From Octopus bimaculoides (Eukaryota): 64,000 nt of DNA. Positions 39,998 through 54,668 of this stretch are shown here, piece after piece. Numbering within the stretch: the first letter of the stretch is position 1; every line of letters starts with the position of its first letter. A model generated the notes under the pieces. The model did no database searches. It was not told the origin of the DNA and saw nothing but the letters and a program-made list of their open reading frames with translations. The stretch lies in NCBI RefSeq assembly GCF_001194135.2, contig NC_068983.1, positions 111,078,595 to 111,142,594 of the forward strand, read 5' to 3'. The position numbers were made by a program, and so were the translations under genes.

Positions 39998-41126
39998 ATA
40001 TACACGTGTGTGTGGGCGTGTATATGTGTGTATCGTATATGTATACATTTATGTATAAGTATATGTGCATGTTTGTGTGCATGTTTGGTAAAGTTAGGTG
40101 CGAATGAATATGTCTTTTAAATTCATAATAATGTAAATATATTGTTTCTATGCTTTCGATGAACAGTCAAAGTATTAATACATAAGAGAGGAGAGATATG
40201 TGGTGCATAGTTTCTTATTTTATTTAGCTGTTCCTTATAGGAGACATACAAGATTGCCTTTCCTAATTGATACAATATACTATTCAGCTGCTTCATAAAA
40301 TAATCAGAAATTTAACAACAAGTCAACAGCCTATTTTCACAGATTCAATACCAAATCTCTTGTAACTGCATGGGATTGTTGTTTATATTGGAATTTGCCA
40401 CAGGGTTTTACCACGTTTAAAATTATGGATACAATTAAGTCGTGGTGTGTTAGTTGTAATGCATGGATGGACATTGCACGCATGCATAATATTGATTTAT
40501 AATATAAAAACATAAATATTTTTCCAAAACGTTATTGACCAGTAAACGTGCTTATCTTTGATACACGCAAATATATATGCTGTGTGTAAGAATTTGAGAA
40601 TTTGTGAGATATTGTATGCATGTGCGTGTAATATTTGTGTTTTTGATGCGTACACCTTACTTATAATCATATACGCAAACATTCATGCATATAATGTATA
40701 GCACAGATGTAACGTCTTACTTTCCGAAAGGTCTTGTTTATTACAAAGATGTACAATCTCCTTCCGTATAAATTAAATCCTTTGAAAAGTTTATGCAATT
40801 ACATATTCGCAGTTTACTTTCCGTGTCTGTAAGGCTTGTTCATTACAGTAAAGTTACGTGCAGCTCTGTAGTTGATGAGTAGAACAGTAGTAAAACCGTA
40901 CGTGCAATGGCGAAATTTGTCTTCAGCACTGATAATGGTCATTCTATTGTTATGTTGCAGTTGATATCTTCGAATTCAGGTGAGCAGGAGGAAATGTTAC
41001 ATATATAGTGGCCTTTCTACTTCATTACCATAACCAAACCCAGTGTACTTGAATTACGTTGTGCCCGTGTGTTGTGTGCCTATGTGTGTTTTTGGGTGTG
41101 CTTGCTTACATGTTGAGACTCTAAGT

Positions 41127-41503
41127 GGAGGCGCAATGGCACAGTGGTTAGGGCAGTGGACTCGCGGTCGTAGGATCGTGGTTTCGATTCCCATACCGGG
41201 CGTTGTGAGTGTTTATCGAGCGAAAACACCTAAATTCCACGAGCCCCAGCAGGGGATGGTGGTGAACCCTGCTGTACTATTTAACCACAACTTTCTCTAA
41301 CTCTTGTTTCCTGTTTCTGTTGTACCTGTATTTCAAAGGGCCAACCTTGTCACACTCTGCGTCATGCTGAATCTCCATGAGAACTACGTTAAGGGAACAC
41401 GTGTCTGTAGATTGCTCAGCCACTTGCACATTAATTTCACGAGCAGGCTGTTCCATTGATCGGATCAACTGGAACCTTCGTCGTCGTAACCGACGGAGTG
41501 CCA
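41127..41503 (+). mobile_element. tRNA-derived SINE family C
   Basis: A-box TGGCACAGTGG and B-box-like GTTTCGATTCC in the head. The 3' half (TGTACCTGTATTTCAAAGGGCC…GATCGGATCAACTGGAACC.TCGTCGTCGTAACCGACGG) is shared with 63131-63310. Confidence 0.85.
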
Positions 41504-43337
41504 TCATTCAACAGAAGAATCGAAAGGGTATGAGACATACTATGCAAAAAGCAATAATGATTGCAATCTTTTTAGATTGAAGGCGTAGTTACCACACAAA
41601 TAAAAACACACGCAAAGATAAGAACATATTTTAATTGACTCTTCATATTCTTTTCCCAATTTTGTGTGAAGCAGTATTACCACATTCAAATCCAAAGGGA
41701 ACCGAATAATTTTCGTATGTTCTATTCGTAGACTATCACGCACCGATTCTTGAGTTCATATTCGCTTTTGCTCTTTCGTTGTTCCTGTGAATATACATAA
41801 TTCTACATATTTCTGTTCATTTAACTTTCTTGATCACGGAATAAAATTTTCAATAAAACTTACTTATGGCAAATTGATGTCATTCATGATGCTGTTTGGG
41901 AACTATCTCATCTATTAAATGTAGATCCAATTCACATTGCAATAAGAAACATACATATTGTACGTACAGGCATAGCATCTCATGTGCGAGCTCGGATGTG
42001 TACACAAAGCTACACATATATTGCCACATTACTCTATGTATTAAGACTACCGACACATCAAACTCGTACACAAACATGCCTGCATATTTGTATATATAAC
42101 CAGATATTGCTCGAAAATTGACATCAAGAACGCCATTCATAACTTACTAATGCATCTTATTAGCTAGTAGTGCTTGTTGTAGCAATTCTTTCATCAAGCC
42201 GAAACAATCTGGCAACAAGTTTAGTTTAATCATTCGCTGAACTTTGCCACCTGACATTCATAATTGTAATGACTGTTTGACAAGATTCTCTTAAATCTCA
42301 TACTTAGAAACAACAGTGTATTTCAAGTTTACAAAGGAACTTTCTGCTGCATGTAACTTATAGACAGTATCTTGGTGTAGAAGTTGATGGGATTGTATAT
42401 TATTAATAACACCACATTGGAGGCAATTAAAACTTTCAAATCACTGTCACTGCTCTTCCTTTCTTTTTATCATATTTATGTGGGTAAAAATAGTATGGAA
42501 GCTGCACTACCAACTCAGAAATTAGTCTATGATTACTTTTGCAATATAATGTTCTAATGTAGTTTTCCAGTCTTATGCGAAATGTACTTGTTTCTAATAT
42601 AAGCAAAATACAATAAAATTTGAAGGAGAAGATATTTGACTCCACTATGCTTTTTTATTTGACTCTACTATGCTTTTTTCATCACCCTTCAAGAATAGAT
42701 GGCAAATTCTATCTCAAATCTAACAGACATTTGTATGACTAAATTATGGTTTGAATATACCACCCACTAAGTCTCTTGTTTATCATATGAATAATTATAA
42801 TTTGCTACCTCACAACCATGGCAAATATTCATTATCCCCAATGAAGTAATATGACATGGATGAAGCTCAAAACAAATAAAGAAAATGTTGAAGACTGCCC
42901 AAGCAATTCATTAGCGTTTTAGTATATGTTTTGTTTTCTGCATAATGAAAGTAATGTGTGGGAAATGCTTGTACTTACAGCAGAGTAGCAACCACGCGTA
43001 CATGTACACCAGACTGGTGTAAAAGGTACATGTTATACCATTCATATGAATACGAGATAGATTCAGTCATCAGTAGAGAGTGTAACGAATAAAGTGAATT
43101 ATAACTGAAATATTTGAGTAAAGGTTAAACGGTAAATGCATGCTTTACATTTCACGCACAAAATGTACAAAAGTAAAGAGTGCAACATTTCACATCACAA
43201 GAAATAAATATACTAGTTCTTGATGAAAATGATAACAGTATAAATAGAGGATGGGATATTACTACTCAGACCCGCAAAAAAAAGCAGAAAAAAAAGTAAA
43301 CATGAAAGAAATGGATTTTTATATTACATGGACTTCT

Positions 43338-43548
43338 AAGGCAGAATCGTTAGCACACCGTACAAAATGCTTAGCGGTATTTCGTCCGATTTTACGGTGT
43401 TAGTTCAAATTCCGCCTAGGTTGACTTTGCCTTTCCTACCTTTGGGGTCGATTAAATAAGTACCAGTTGAACACAGGTGTCGATGTGATCAACTTCTCCC
43501 TAACTCGAAATTTCGTGTCTTGTTCCTGTAGTAGAAAAGATATTACAT
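43338..43548 (+). mobile_element. Family B SINE copy
   Basis: GCAGAATCGTTAGCAC…AAATGCTTAGCGGTATTTCGTC…AGTTCAAATTCCGCC…GACTTTGCCTTT…GGGGTCGATTAAATAAGTACCAGTTG. Confidence 0.75.
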
Positions 43549-46500
43549 GAACCTCTTATTCTACACTAACTTATTCTACACTAAATCAAGTTTCGTTAAT
43601 ACAAGCTGGCAATATAGTTATAGAAAGGAAAAATAATCCTACATGAAAATTTGATGAAACGGATTACAAGAAACATTCAAGGAATAGGACTTTCTAAAGA
43701 AATTAATCATGAATATGGAAGTAGTCTGAAAGGCAGAAATAATTCTTAAAAAATGAAGTTCTTAAATCTGCCATTGGCACCGACCATAAAACTTAGCAAT
43801 AAATAGAAACAGTAAAGGAAACATACCTGGAACATTGGAACAAATAAAATCAGACGCTTATGTTATTATCTCCAGTTTATACTAAATTATATAAGTCAAC
43901 GAAAAGATTATTACACAGTCACACAATCTGCAAGAAATTGATGCCAAATATTTGTCAAATACTATCTTGTATTTGATAAACGATTACATTTTTGAGGACA
44001 AAGTAATTTCGAATATAATCACAGAAAACATAACACATGGTCAATATCTGAATGAGCATTGAACCAAAGTTTTCGGTTACTTCAAATCATTTTCTCCAAA
44101 AGGCACCGGTACGACCAGGAACGGCAGAAACAACGAATCTGTATAAAGTGAACTATAAAACTCCTGGTAAGTCATGTGTCAGAAAATCAGCAGAGTAGTG
44201 AGGAAAGCACTATCAAATTACAAAAAAATAACGCCATCTACAAAGCCTGCAGAAGAATACGCGACAGTACTGAAACAATTATAGTGACGACAGCAACAAT
44301 GATAACGACCAAACAAAATAAGAAGTACCATTGTTATTTCGCTTTCTAATATCACAAATTCCACGCAGAATACACTTAAAGAACAAAAGTCAAACTTGTC
44401 ATATGGTATTAAGCAGTCTAGAATACAGCATAAGGTGCATTAAAATATTCTTCATGGAATAAATAATGTTACACACGATATTCACGTAGCAATATTTCAA
44501 AAAAATAATTTTTACTAGCTCAACGCAGAAAACCTGATATTCCAAATACTTCGATAACATGAGACAGAGCTGCACAACGTATGCTGTCGTGACACGCTTG
44601 AACTTAGTGTAATAGCAGGCAATACAATACAAACGATACATATTTTCAAAATGTGAAACCAACCACACAGAACACCTTAATATAGCAACAAATGCTCACA
44701 CAAACGTACACATATCACACACACACACACACAAAGCACACACATATATACACACATACACATGCATACAGATACACAGATATACATACATACAAGCACA
44801 TCTGTTTGTGTTTGTATGTTCATCTTATAACACCAAGCATAACAGGTTACACACCAACAACTCTTTAACACTTTTTGAAATGCCATTATTTTAGGAAACC
44901 CAACATCGCTTGGTTTTATAGAGTGCACATTAAACAAAATAACATCACTACTAAAACCCCGTTACATCTTAAAGAGCACACACATACATCACTAACGAAG
45001 CTAACTATAGACTCCACCTTCCGTTCCACACACCTAGCTACAAAGAACCACTTAGTAAATAAATCTCCATCTTTCCTCGGCCACCTAGCAATTATCATAT
45101 CAATGAATTCAAACATCAATGAAGAAAACAAAAACATTTTTACAAACTTCAAAAAATAAAAACCCAATGAAACAAGTTCAACGAACAGTAGAAACAAGGT
45201 CTTCATAAATCAACAACATTGCAATCACCAGCACCAACACTACAGCCACAATAATACAACAAAATAATTATAGACGCATCATATCCCACAAGGCAAATAA
45301 ACAATGGAAAAGCAGTATGCTGGAAAACATTTGTATCCAAGAGAAGCTACAAAACAAACAGTAAAACACGATATAGAATAATTAGCAATATCAACAACAA
45401 GAACAATGTTCACACCGCCTTTCCATGCCACAATAACAACTTCAAATAAAATACCCATACAGCAGCACCAAGCAAACAACCTTATGAGACATTTCTCAAA
45501 AAACAGTCACTAAAACCAATTAAGAAAAACAGGAGTACAAAAGTAAAACATCCCACCGATTTATATCGTAATTTTTCATCCTTGTTTTCACTGGGTATCA
45601 ATAAATATCCAAAATTAGGGTAAGAAGAATCACAAAAATACAATTAAAGTATCTGACCTCTGACAGAATCACTGCACTCATCAATGTATAAGATTACTTG
45701 AATCAACACTGTCAAACATATTGTATTTGTAACGTGGGAAACTCTAATCCTAAAGCTAAACATAAACTGCAGTAACGACATAATGACGATTCATCCTTCC
45801 ATTTGCTGTTTTATATTCCCCAGAAAGGTTAAACTTTGACATCACTAATCCAACAATCACCCTCTCTAAATGGTGACATATATCCAGATCATTACACTTT
45901 GTCTCCACACAACTCACAAAAAGTGAATCCATAATTCAGAGAATAGTTCCAACAAAATATCCCTCATATGCCATGATAACTATGAACATAAGCAAAGCTT
46001 CAAACTTCATTTTCTGTTATGCACTCACACAACTGTACTCAATGTCATCTTGACAAAAATCACAGACTGTCAGATTGGCGAGCCTATAAAATGTACCAGA
46101 AGTACCACAATGATTACTTTCACATATGAACAGTATGATCACGGCTAGAATATTTTTTACCAATGGTCTGTTTGATTACGGCTGATCTAAGATTAAAAAG
46201 TAACAAGATAAATACATTGGACAATGGTGGCGAATGTTATATAAACCTGGACTGACACATTGCACTCCATTCATCACAACAGATCACGTTAATCACTATT
46301 GTCATCAAGTTGAAATAAATAAATTGAAAAAGGGAACTGTGAGTTGCAGCTCATGTTTTCAGCTGACTAGCTCTAAGCCACAGCACAGCTCGATCATGGC
46401 TGGCTTGTGTCAACCCAACAACAACAACAACAATATTATCATCAGCAATATCTATAACAACAGCAAATAATAAATGCAACAACCACAGTAGTTATAAAAC

Positions 46501-46599
46501 CAAATGTATGCTCCCTCATAATTTTGTATATAGGAATATCAAAATTCACGCAAACATAGAACATAAAATGATGGAAAAGAGAATATATGAAAAAGAAAA

Positions 46600-49150
46600 A
46601 ATTCGCTCATCCTTTAATAAAGTCAATAATGAAAATATATAAAAGGAACAAAAAGCAACAGCACCAAAAATGACCGAAATGAAAAATCACCTGAAACACT
46701 AACTCACAGAGAATCCGCTGTTATGTAAAGGGAAAACGATTATTTGAAAATGAGAAACAGATCCGTTCCAACCTAAAATGATTTTATGAAAAGCTGATTA
46801 ATAAAATAAGATAAAATCAATAGGTGCAAGCAGGAAGGGAAGTGGAGGAATTTTGGAAAAAAAATCAACTGCGAAGGAGTCGACACAGTCCAGATTATTT
46901 AAAGCACCCGCATAAATGTAGGGGTGAAATAGGGGTGCACTATCGACTCAATAATTAGCACATACGCTATGGAAATGAATAACTTAAAGGCATCGAAAAT
47001 GATACAGTTCCAATCTACTTGTTGAAATATTTAACAAGTACATATAAAAGGCTGGCAAAATATGTAATTTACGTCACAAAGAACGAAACACAAATTCATT
47101 AGTCATCGACTAGAACAAAAATAACATCGTTATCGAACAAACGAAAGAAAAAGATTACACAATAATATAGAACGATAGCTTACCTTCTTACAGCGTATCT
47201 TACACCCACTGCAATTATAGCGTAGAATATAAATGATTAGCTTGGAAGACAAAATTCGCTTTCAGAAGAACGCCAGAGAAGCTGCAGAGGATCATATGAT
47301 TATCAGTTAGTAATCAGCAAAGCCATAAGCGAAGACTGTACAAGGTAAATGAAGTGCGTGATCATGCCATGGAGTAGCAAAAGATATTTAACAGTATTCT
47401 GTATCCGAGGAGAGAGTACACGTTAACCTAGAGTAAGATTGTATAGATAACATACAGTTACATCAAACATGATTAAATGACAAACATGCCTGCAGACACC
47501 TGCAAAAGAAACATTTATAAAAGCAAACCCCCATCTTTATAGAAGAATATTCTCAGACAACTTCTGTCCGCTTTTCGTCTGATTGATGTTAACGTGTTTA
47601 ACCAGCCTGAAGTTGGATACAAGTGACAAAGTAGGATAATTATCTTTTATACATGGAAGACCTCAAGTTGTACGTAGCAGATAATAAGCCACTAGAAATA
47701 CAACACAGATTTTATACGAAATTAGTACTACCACAATTCTCAATAGCAGAAAATTAATATCCACTAATATGCTAAAGAAATAAAAGCGGCTGGCCTAACA
47801 AATATATAATTACTTATAAGTAAATGAAGTAGACAATTAAAATAAGCCTTTTAGAAAAAAGTATTATAGATTAATGCATAAGAAGTAAATACCAAAGTAA
47901 GCTAATATGAATTGATGTACTAACCATTGTAGTATTGTTATGGCTATAATATTCACGACTGTATGTAGGAAATCAAACAGATAAACAAAGGAACTAACAA
48001 CTTCATTTAGAATACATTAGCTACAACCGTTTAAAGAAATAAAATATTTACTATGAACCGTGAGGAAGGAAAAGTTGGTGTCTACTCCTGCAAACTTGTT
48101 ATAGATAATTAACGCGAGGCTCCTTCAATAAGTAATGAATGAAACAAAGAAAATTAAAACTATCAGTTGTGTTAGATAACGGAAACACACACAAGAAATT
48201 GTTTTATTTTTAATGAAGCGGGCTAATATAAAACACAGGTAGCAGTTACAATTTGAAGAAAATCCAGAATAAGTGATATTGATAGAATACTGCAAAAGAA
48301 ATCCAAACTGGTACTCCAGAATGTCATGTGGTACCGCTAAACCAGAGTTACAAGAGTGCTTTTACTGTGAGTAGTGAAAAGGTGAACAAAGTAGAAAAGG
48401 ATGCAGAAAACATTGTGGAATGATTGAGAAGCAGACAGAATGATTTTTTCATTGCGGCCAAAGAAATAAGCCTCTCTACCAGAAAATACCAAAAGCACAC
48501 AATAACGGAGACTATGTGATGTAACCACAGAATATGCAGTGATTGTTAATCACCAATCAATCACAATATTTTCTGTCTAATTGTCCAGTTTTACTAAAAC
48601 AAGAAAGGTGCGTACACATATATATACATCTATATTCATACATATACGTAATAAAAAATATACAAATATGCATATACACACATACGCGCATACATAATAC
48701 ATACAAACATACATACATATAGATGTGTGTGTGTAAGTTTCATATATTTGAGATTATACCGGTATTCTGGAAGGCTAAGATAAAGGAAATGGTACAACCA
48801 TGCACTACAAAAGATTCCAGAGAATAACAAAGGAACCGCACTGTAGGATACGGAAATGCATACAACCAGGAAGATTTAGGCAATCAACAAGATCTTTTTG
48901 TAACGGGAAACATGGAAAGCACTTGTCTATTAATCGATCTATCGATTCTAACAAACGTCTCTATAATCCTAAATGAATTTGTGAGAATCTCCAAATATAA
49001 ATATCAGGAAATAAATTGAATCAAAATGTGAGGACAGAGAACAGAAGCTTTCTGTTATGATGGGTTCTTTAGAATAACCTTTAAAAATTGTAAACAAATA
49101 TATAACCACCGCCACCTTCCGAATTACACATAAATAACATACAAAAATAG
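46600..49150 (+). mobile_element. Old, decayed R4/Dong-clade non-LTR retrotransposon (RT plus restriction-like endonuclease)
   Basis: Motifs in the expected order: SEERQRSCRGSYDYQLVISKAISEDC (from 47262), RRIFSDNFCPLF, YMEDLKLYV (47650-47676, the YMDD motif), FFIAAKEISLSTRKYQKH, WYNHALQKIPENNK, TCLLIDLSI…ISKYK. Many stops and frameshifts; boundaries approximate. Confidence 0.75.
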
Positions 49151-52100
49151 TCAGCAGTACTTGGATCCAATAAAATTTAAATTGCTGAAAAAAATAATGG
49201 TTTAAAATGTTCGCAAAAGGCTAACGGTTTAAGAGGGTATTAGTCGATTACATTGATCCCAGTATTTTCCTAGTAGTTATTCTATCGACGCCAAAAGGTT
49301 GAAAGAGAAGTCTAGCCTCAGCGGTATTTGAAACCGTGACAATAATGAGGGAAATACGGAAAGAAATTTTTAACTGTGATCGGTCATAATTCCAGAAACC
49401 AATACATCTTACATGCGGAAGAACTATACAGCGTTTAATCGGATCTAAGGAAGAGTCACTAATTAGCAACAATCAAAGTCAACATGAATTCTTTTCCCAT
49501 TTTGAGTGCACAGTAACGTATTAAAAATAAATGTATGCATCATTATTTTCATTATTACTGGTTCGTGCGGTTATACTGAATTTAATCCAGCTTAACACGC
49601 CTCAGCTCGCATCAGCAAATGATTTGTTTGCTAGTTTCTCTATAAAAAAGAAGTTCTTATGAAGCACCTTGGAAACGGTGTCTATCACTGAAAAGATTAA
49701 ATAAGCTGAAACACAACTGTCTAATAACATAAGGTGAAATTCACAATGGAAGAGGAAATATTGCAGATAATAACTATACCAACTCTTACTCTGAATCCCC
49801 CGTTTCTGTCATCTTTGAAACAATGACCAAGACTTCGGTCCCCAGTCTCGACAAGTTTTTTCTCGTTTTTATTTTCAATCGATACGGATGCATTACACCC
49901 TAGTCAAGTCATCCTCCCGTAGCCTCACCTATGACGCACTTCTACTCCTTTATTCCACGTATTCCTCAACACGAATCATCTTCCCATTCCCTTCATCTAC
50001 CTTTACTAACCATTACTTCTTCAGCACTCCGTCGGACATTAATTTTGATTACTCTAATCTGACTCTGCCACATCCTATTTCTTCGCTAACGCTATTCTTG
50101 TCCCCTTTCAGCAGGAGTCCAACCAAGAAATTTGCTGGTGGATATACTCCAATACCCTTAATACCTTTATGCTACTGCACCTGCTAGTTCATCATTAACA
50201 GCAACATCTTTACCGAATCGATCATGAAATTCTTCATTTTCACCTCGTCAAATCTTCCTCTTCCCTAAAACCGTCGCTGTTTCATTCTCTTTATAAATCT
50301 CCAGCGTTTGTATGACACTCGTGGAACACCTGAAGACACCCGATCCACGCTCAACACCCGGTTTTGCACCATATGCACTCAATATATTGCGCTATCCACA
50401 ACCTCTCCACATTCCCTCTCACCATGCATACCGGATGCCGAAATTCTAGTTCCCGTAGGTAATAAGAATTCAGAATTTCTCTTCAGTCTTCCGCGTCTCT
50501 CGACCTCAATTTCAATCTTTAAATTTATAACGTTTCCTAATCATGTTTTTGCTCACAACATATATATATAAATCCACACCTACACACGGAACTGCAACCA
50601 CCTTTCCCTAATCCCACCACAAACACACACACACACACACAGCACACGGGGACACGTACCAACAACACTCTGGCAACATGAATGAACACTGAAATGCATT
50701 ACAGACATCGAGAAGTACCCAGTCACAACGTTGCTCCACAGATAAGGAAATTAAATCAAACTCGCAGTCAAACAGACACAGACACAGACACACACACACA
50801 CACACACACATTCCAAACGAGATTACATAACATAGAATAAAACTAATGCAGGCATAGTTTCAGATAGTGTACACATGCGCACATAAGAACCAGCATGTCC
50901 ACAAATTCAAGCTTCCCATACGCACGCTCCAAGTAAACAGGCGCACGTTTTCACACAACACAAAGACAACACTACAAGATGACACACATCCTCATGCATG
51001 CAAACTACACACGCAGAACAGTACATTAATAGGCAAACGAGCACGAAGTACCTACGAGCACAAACATTTACTTTTCCAAGTAACACACACTTACTCACAC
51101 ACACACACACACACACACCACACACACACAACACACACACGCACACACACGCATGCACACATACACACTAGTTCCAAGCATTCACCCTGCAAATCAAATT
51201 TCCAACACGTAACACACACCTTAGAATATGCACACTCTCAAATACAAACGCATGCACTTATCTAATCACATCGGCATACATCAAACAGCTCAATGTAAGC
51301 GGTGTAAACTCAAATTTCAAAATGTAGTGCATATAAAAACACCGAATGTAAACACACAGATAATTCACCTCATATATGCATAGGAAATACACATCTAACA
51401 TATATATATATATGTGTACACACAACGTCATTAAGACATGCGCAAAAACCTACATACAGCCGTTGTGAAAGCATACAGTTTTTCATAAAATCGCGACACA
51501 CACACGCTTACGTACACACATTCCAAACCAAATGATAAACATAAAGCAATAAAGCCAACGTGAACACACATTCAGACAATAAACACACATGAACAAAATG
51601 AGGAAAAACAAACAATGTAGAAACAGTTACTCTCTGCAAACATGAGCATCCACATATGAAGCTATACAACACAACCTCACAGACGAAATCATGGACACAA
51701 AACACAGCAGCACCCACAGACACACAGTCCTAGAGGTACCGGACACATATTCACAAAACGCAACAGCACACATACGTACATCAACAAGAGTTGCATATTA
51801 TTACACAAAAATTTGCTAGACGTCAACAAGCATAAGCAAACACACACTCACAGATATATATATACACGTACAACAACAGAACCACAAATAGATAACTCGA
51901 AGCATACACACACACACACACACAGATTGAAACCAACTACAAATACACATATGTATCAACTTACACATTTTTATTCAGCTTATCTGCCTTAAAACTGCTC
52001 TCCCATGCGCGAAGATTTTTTACGCTTCTCTTCTTTCTTCTATTTCTTTCTACAATGGAGTTGAGTTGAGATATGCATGTGGACTTTTGGTGTACTTTGT

Positions 52101-52204
52101 GTAATATCGTTCTGTTTTTGCGATAAAAATTACATAGCGACTGCAATACATATGTGTGCGTGTCTGTAAGTATATCTATGTATGTGAGCACGCGTGTGTA
52201 TTTA

Positions 52205-52242
<38 letters not shown>

Positions 52243-52832
52243 CAAACATATATATTTATATATACGTACACACACATTCACAAACACGCACACATTTGCA
52301 CACAAATATTGTAGTTGCATTTTTTATCTATCGGTGTGTCAGGTTTTGTAACGGTTTGTCCTCCAACNNNNNNNNNNNNNNNNNNNNNNNNNNNNNNNNN
52401 NNNNNNNNNNNNNNNNNNNNNNNNNNNNNNNNNNNNNNNNNNNNNNNNNNNNNNNNNNNNNNNNNNNNNNNNNNNNNNNNNNNNNNNNNNNNNNNNNNNN
52501 NNNNNNNNNNNNNNNNNNNNNNNNNNNNNNNNNNNNNNNNNNNNNNNNNNNNNNNNNNNNNNNNNNNNNNNNNNNNNNNNNNNNNNNNNNNNNNNNNNNN
52601 NNNNNNNNNNNNNNNNNNNNNNNNNNNNNNNNNNNNNNNNNNNNNNNNNNNNNNNNNNNNNNNNNNNNNNNNNNNNNNNNNNNNNNNNNNNNNNNNNNNN
52701 NNNNNNNNNNNNNNNNNNNNNNNNNNNNNNNNNNNNNNNNNNNNNNNNNNNNNNNNNNNNNNNNNNNNNNNNNNNNNNNNNNNNNNNNNNNNNNNNNNNN
52801 NNNNNNNNNNNNNNNNNNNNNNNNNNNNNNNN

Positions 52833-53100
52833 TATACATGCATATATGGGTACAGGACGTCAAAAAAAACGTGAACAAAATGAGAAACGAGAACATAAAA
52901 AGCAAAAAACATGAGAAACATACTTTTTTTTTCAACAATAAAAGGAACAAATAGAGAAACGAGACAGGCAACATAAAGAACATTCTCTTCATCAGTTGTC
53001 CCCTGTTTATCGAAACGCATTTAGATAAAAGGTAGGGACAAGACGCGACTTCGTTCAAACAGTCCTTCCTTCAAAGAAAATTAAATAAAATTTGGGATTT
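52833..53100 (-). mobile_element. Repeat, Penelope-terminus-like; related to 2727-2860
   Basis: Shared CTGATGAAG..ATGTTCT and GTCCTGTACCC blocks. The family assignment is inferred. Confidence 0.4.
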
Positions 53101-54316
53101 TGCGGAGGGTTAAAGTGGTAACAAAAACAGGAAGTAAGAACAAAACAGTAAAAACAAACGGTGAGGGCTGTTGAGCCATAACGAGGTGAAGTGGTGAACG
53201 CCGGAGACACGAGCTTTGAGAAGAGACAGGCAAAAGCACGCTACGCATCCATCTTCAAGTAAGTTTTATCTTAATAATTCCGATGCGCACTCTACAGCCT
53301 ATCTCTATTCTATCTCCCTCTCTTTTTCTTCCTTTCTGTTTTTCTCTCCGCCCATCCCCTAATTCTACTCCTCTCCCTTTCACCGTTCTCTCTCTCTCCC
53401 TCACTCTTCCTCCTTGCCTCTCTCTCGTTGCTCACACGTAACCAACGGCTATGAGAAGAAATAGTTTAGTAGAAAGAGTGGTATTAGTGGAGGTGGAAAG
53501 TTGCTAGGTCGGCCTAGTTGTACATTAAGGTTAATGGTAATTAAGCATTGTCATAGTTAGGGAATTACATGCATTTAATAAAATGGTCAAATGATGAGTA
53601 GAACCTTTGTTTACAATAGAGTATTACATCTGAGAATCTATTAAGTAATAACGGATTGAGGTTGCAAAGAATGTTTAGCGATTCACTTAAACAAAATTTA
53701 CAAATGATGAGGTTAGTGTTGTCACTTGCTATGGACCGGCATAAGGTATAAGGAGTGTTTGGGGATTTGAGGTTGAGTATAGAAGTTGCTACCGCCTTTG
53801 CAACTTATATACCTAATTAGGTAGTGATAATGTTATAACTTCATGATATCATAAATTTTCATCCCACGCTTGTTGGAACGCAGATAATTTATAAACGAAT
53901 CGGAATGTAAATAAATTTTAGGTATGGAGCAATCATTAATTGTTATAATTAGAATCAGGGAAGGTAATTACCCCCAATTTCAGAAAGTTAATTTATTACA
54001 TGTACATTAAAAAAGATATTTAATCATGAACCATACTATTTAGATAGTCCAAGACTGGTGATATGTGCATACAAAGGTGCGGCTGATATTTTTCACTAAA
54101 TCTAGTCCCTTTATTCATACCTCGTTGTACAGACATTTTTCCATTGAATTGTTGTATAGAAAATATTTCGAAGTTTGGTTCGACATTCCACACACAATTC
54201 TCTAAGTGTAAGTTTAGTAGCATTTGATTATATCTTGGTTAACTTTGTATAATATTGTTATATTCCCCATTGCTTCCGGGATTGCGGCTAGATTAAAAAC
54301 TACAGTTGAGTTTATT

Positions 54317-54434
54317 GTGCATCTGAAAACTTCATGTATGTCATAACTTGTTCAGGATGTGGATACGACTATATAGGGCAAACAAGAAAGTCTCACAGAC
54401 GGCGATCAAGAATAAATACGTTTCCCAAGATATA
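54317..54434 (+). mobile_element. Penelope-like GIY-YIG endonuclease fragment
   Basis: CASENFMYVITCSGCGYDYIGQTRKSHRRR matches the PLE GIY-YIG pattern C.S.N.IY.I.C..C…YIGQT. Confidence 0.75.
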
Positions 54435-54668
54435 AAAAAATACACCGGTCGTGTTTAGCTTGAGCGAAATCGGTCGAGTATGTATATATATATATATATA
54501 TAAGGGCATTACTATACATGAATGCCTCACGCTAAGAGGGACTCTAAGGTCAAACTACTATAATAAACACATTTTTTACCGAACGCGAGGAAATGCAACT
54601 CTCAAAGATAGCCCCTTAAAACAGTGTTCGTTTGGTGTGTTGAGTTTCTGTTTATTTCTATGTGTTTT

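Noticed and set aside
40961-40979. 19-nt plus-strand micro-exon candidate (TTGCAG|…CAG|GTGAGC)
   Set aside because: It is frame-shifting in length and has no supporting exons. Unsupported without RNA data.
49800-50520. Minus-strand purine-rich stretch resembling an RTE-type apurinic endonuclease
   Set aside because: Only vague similarity (GEVVD, IRVIKINV). No catalytic motif could be aligned confidently.
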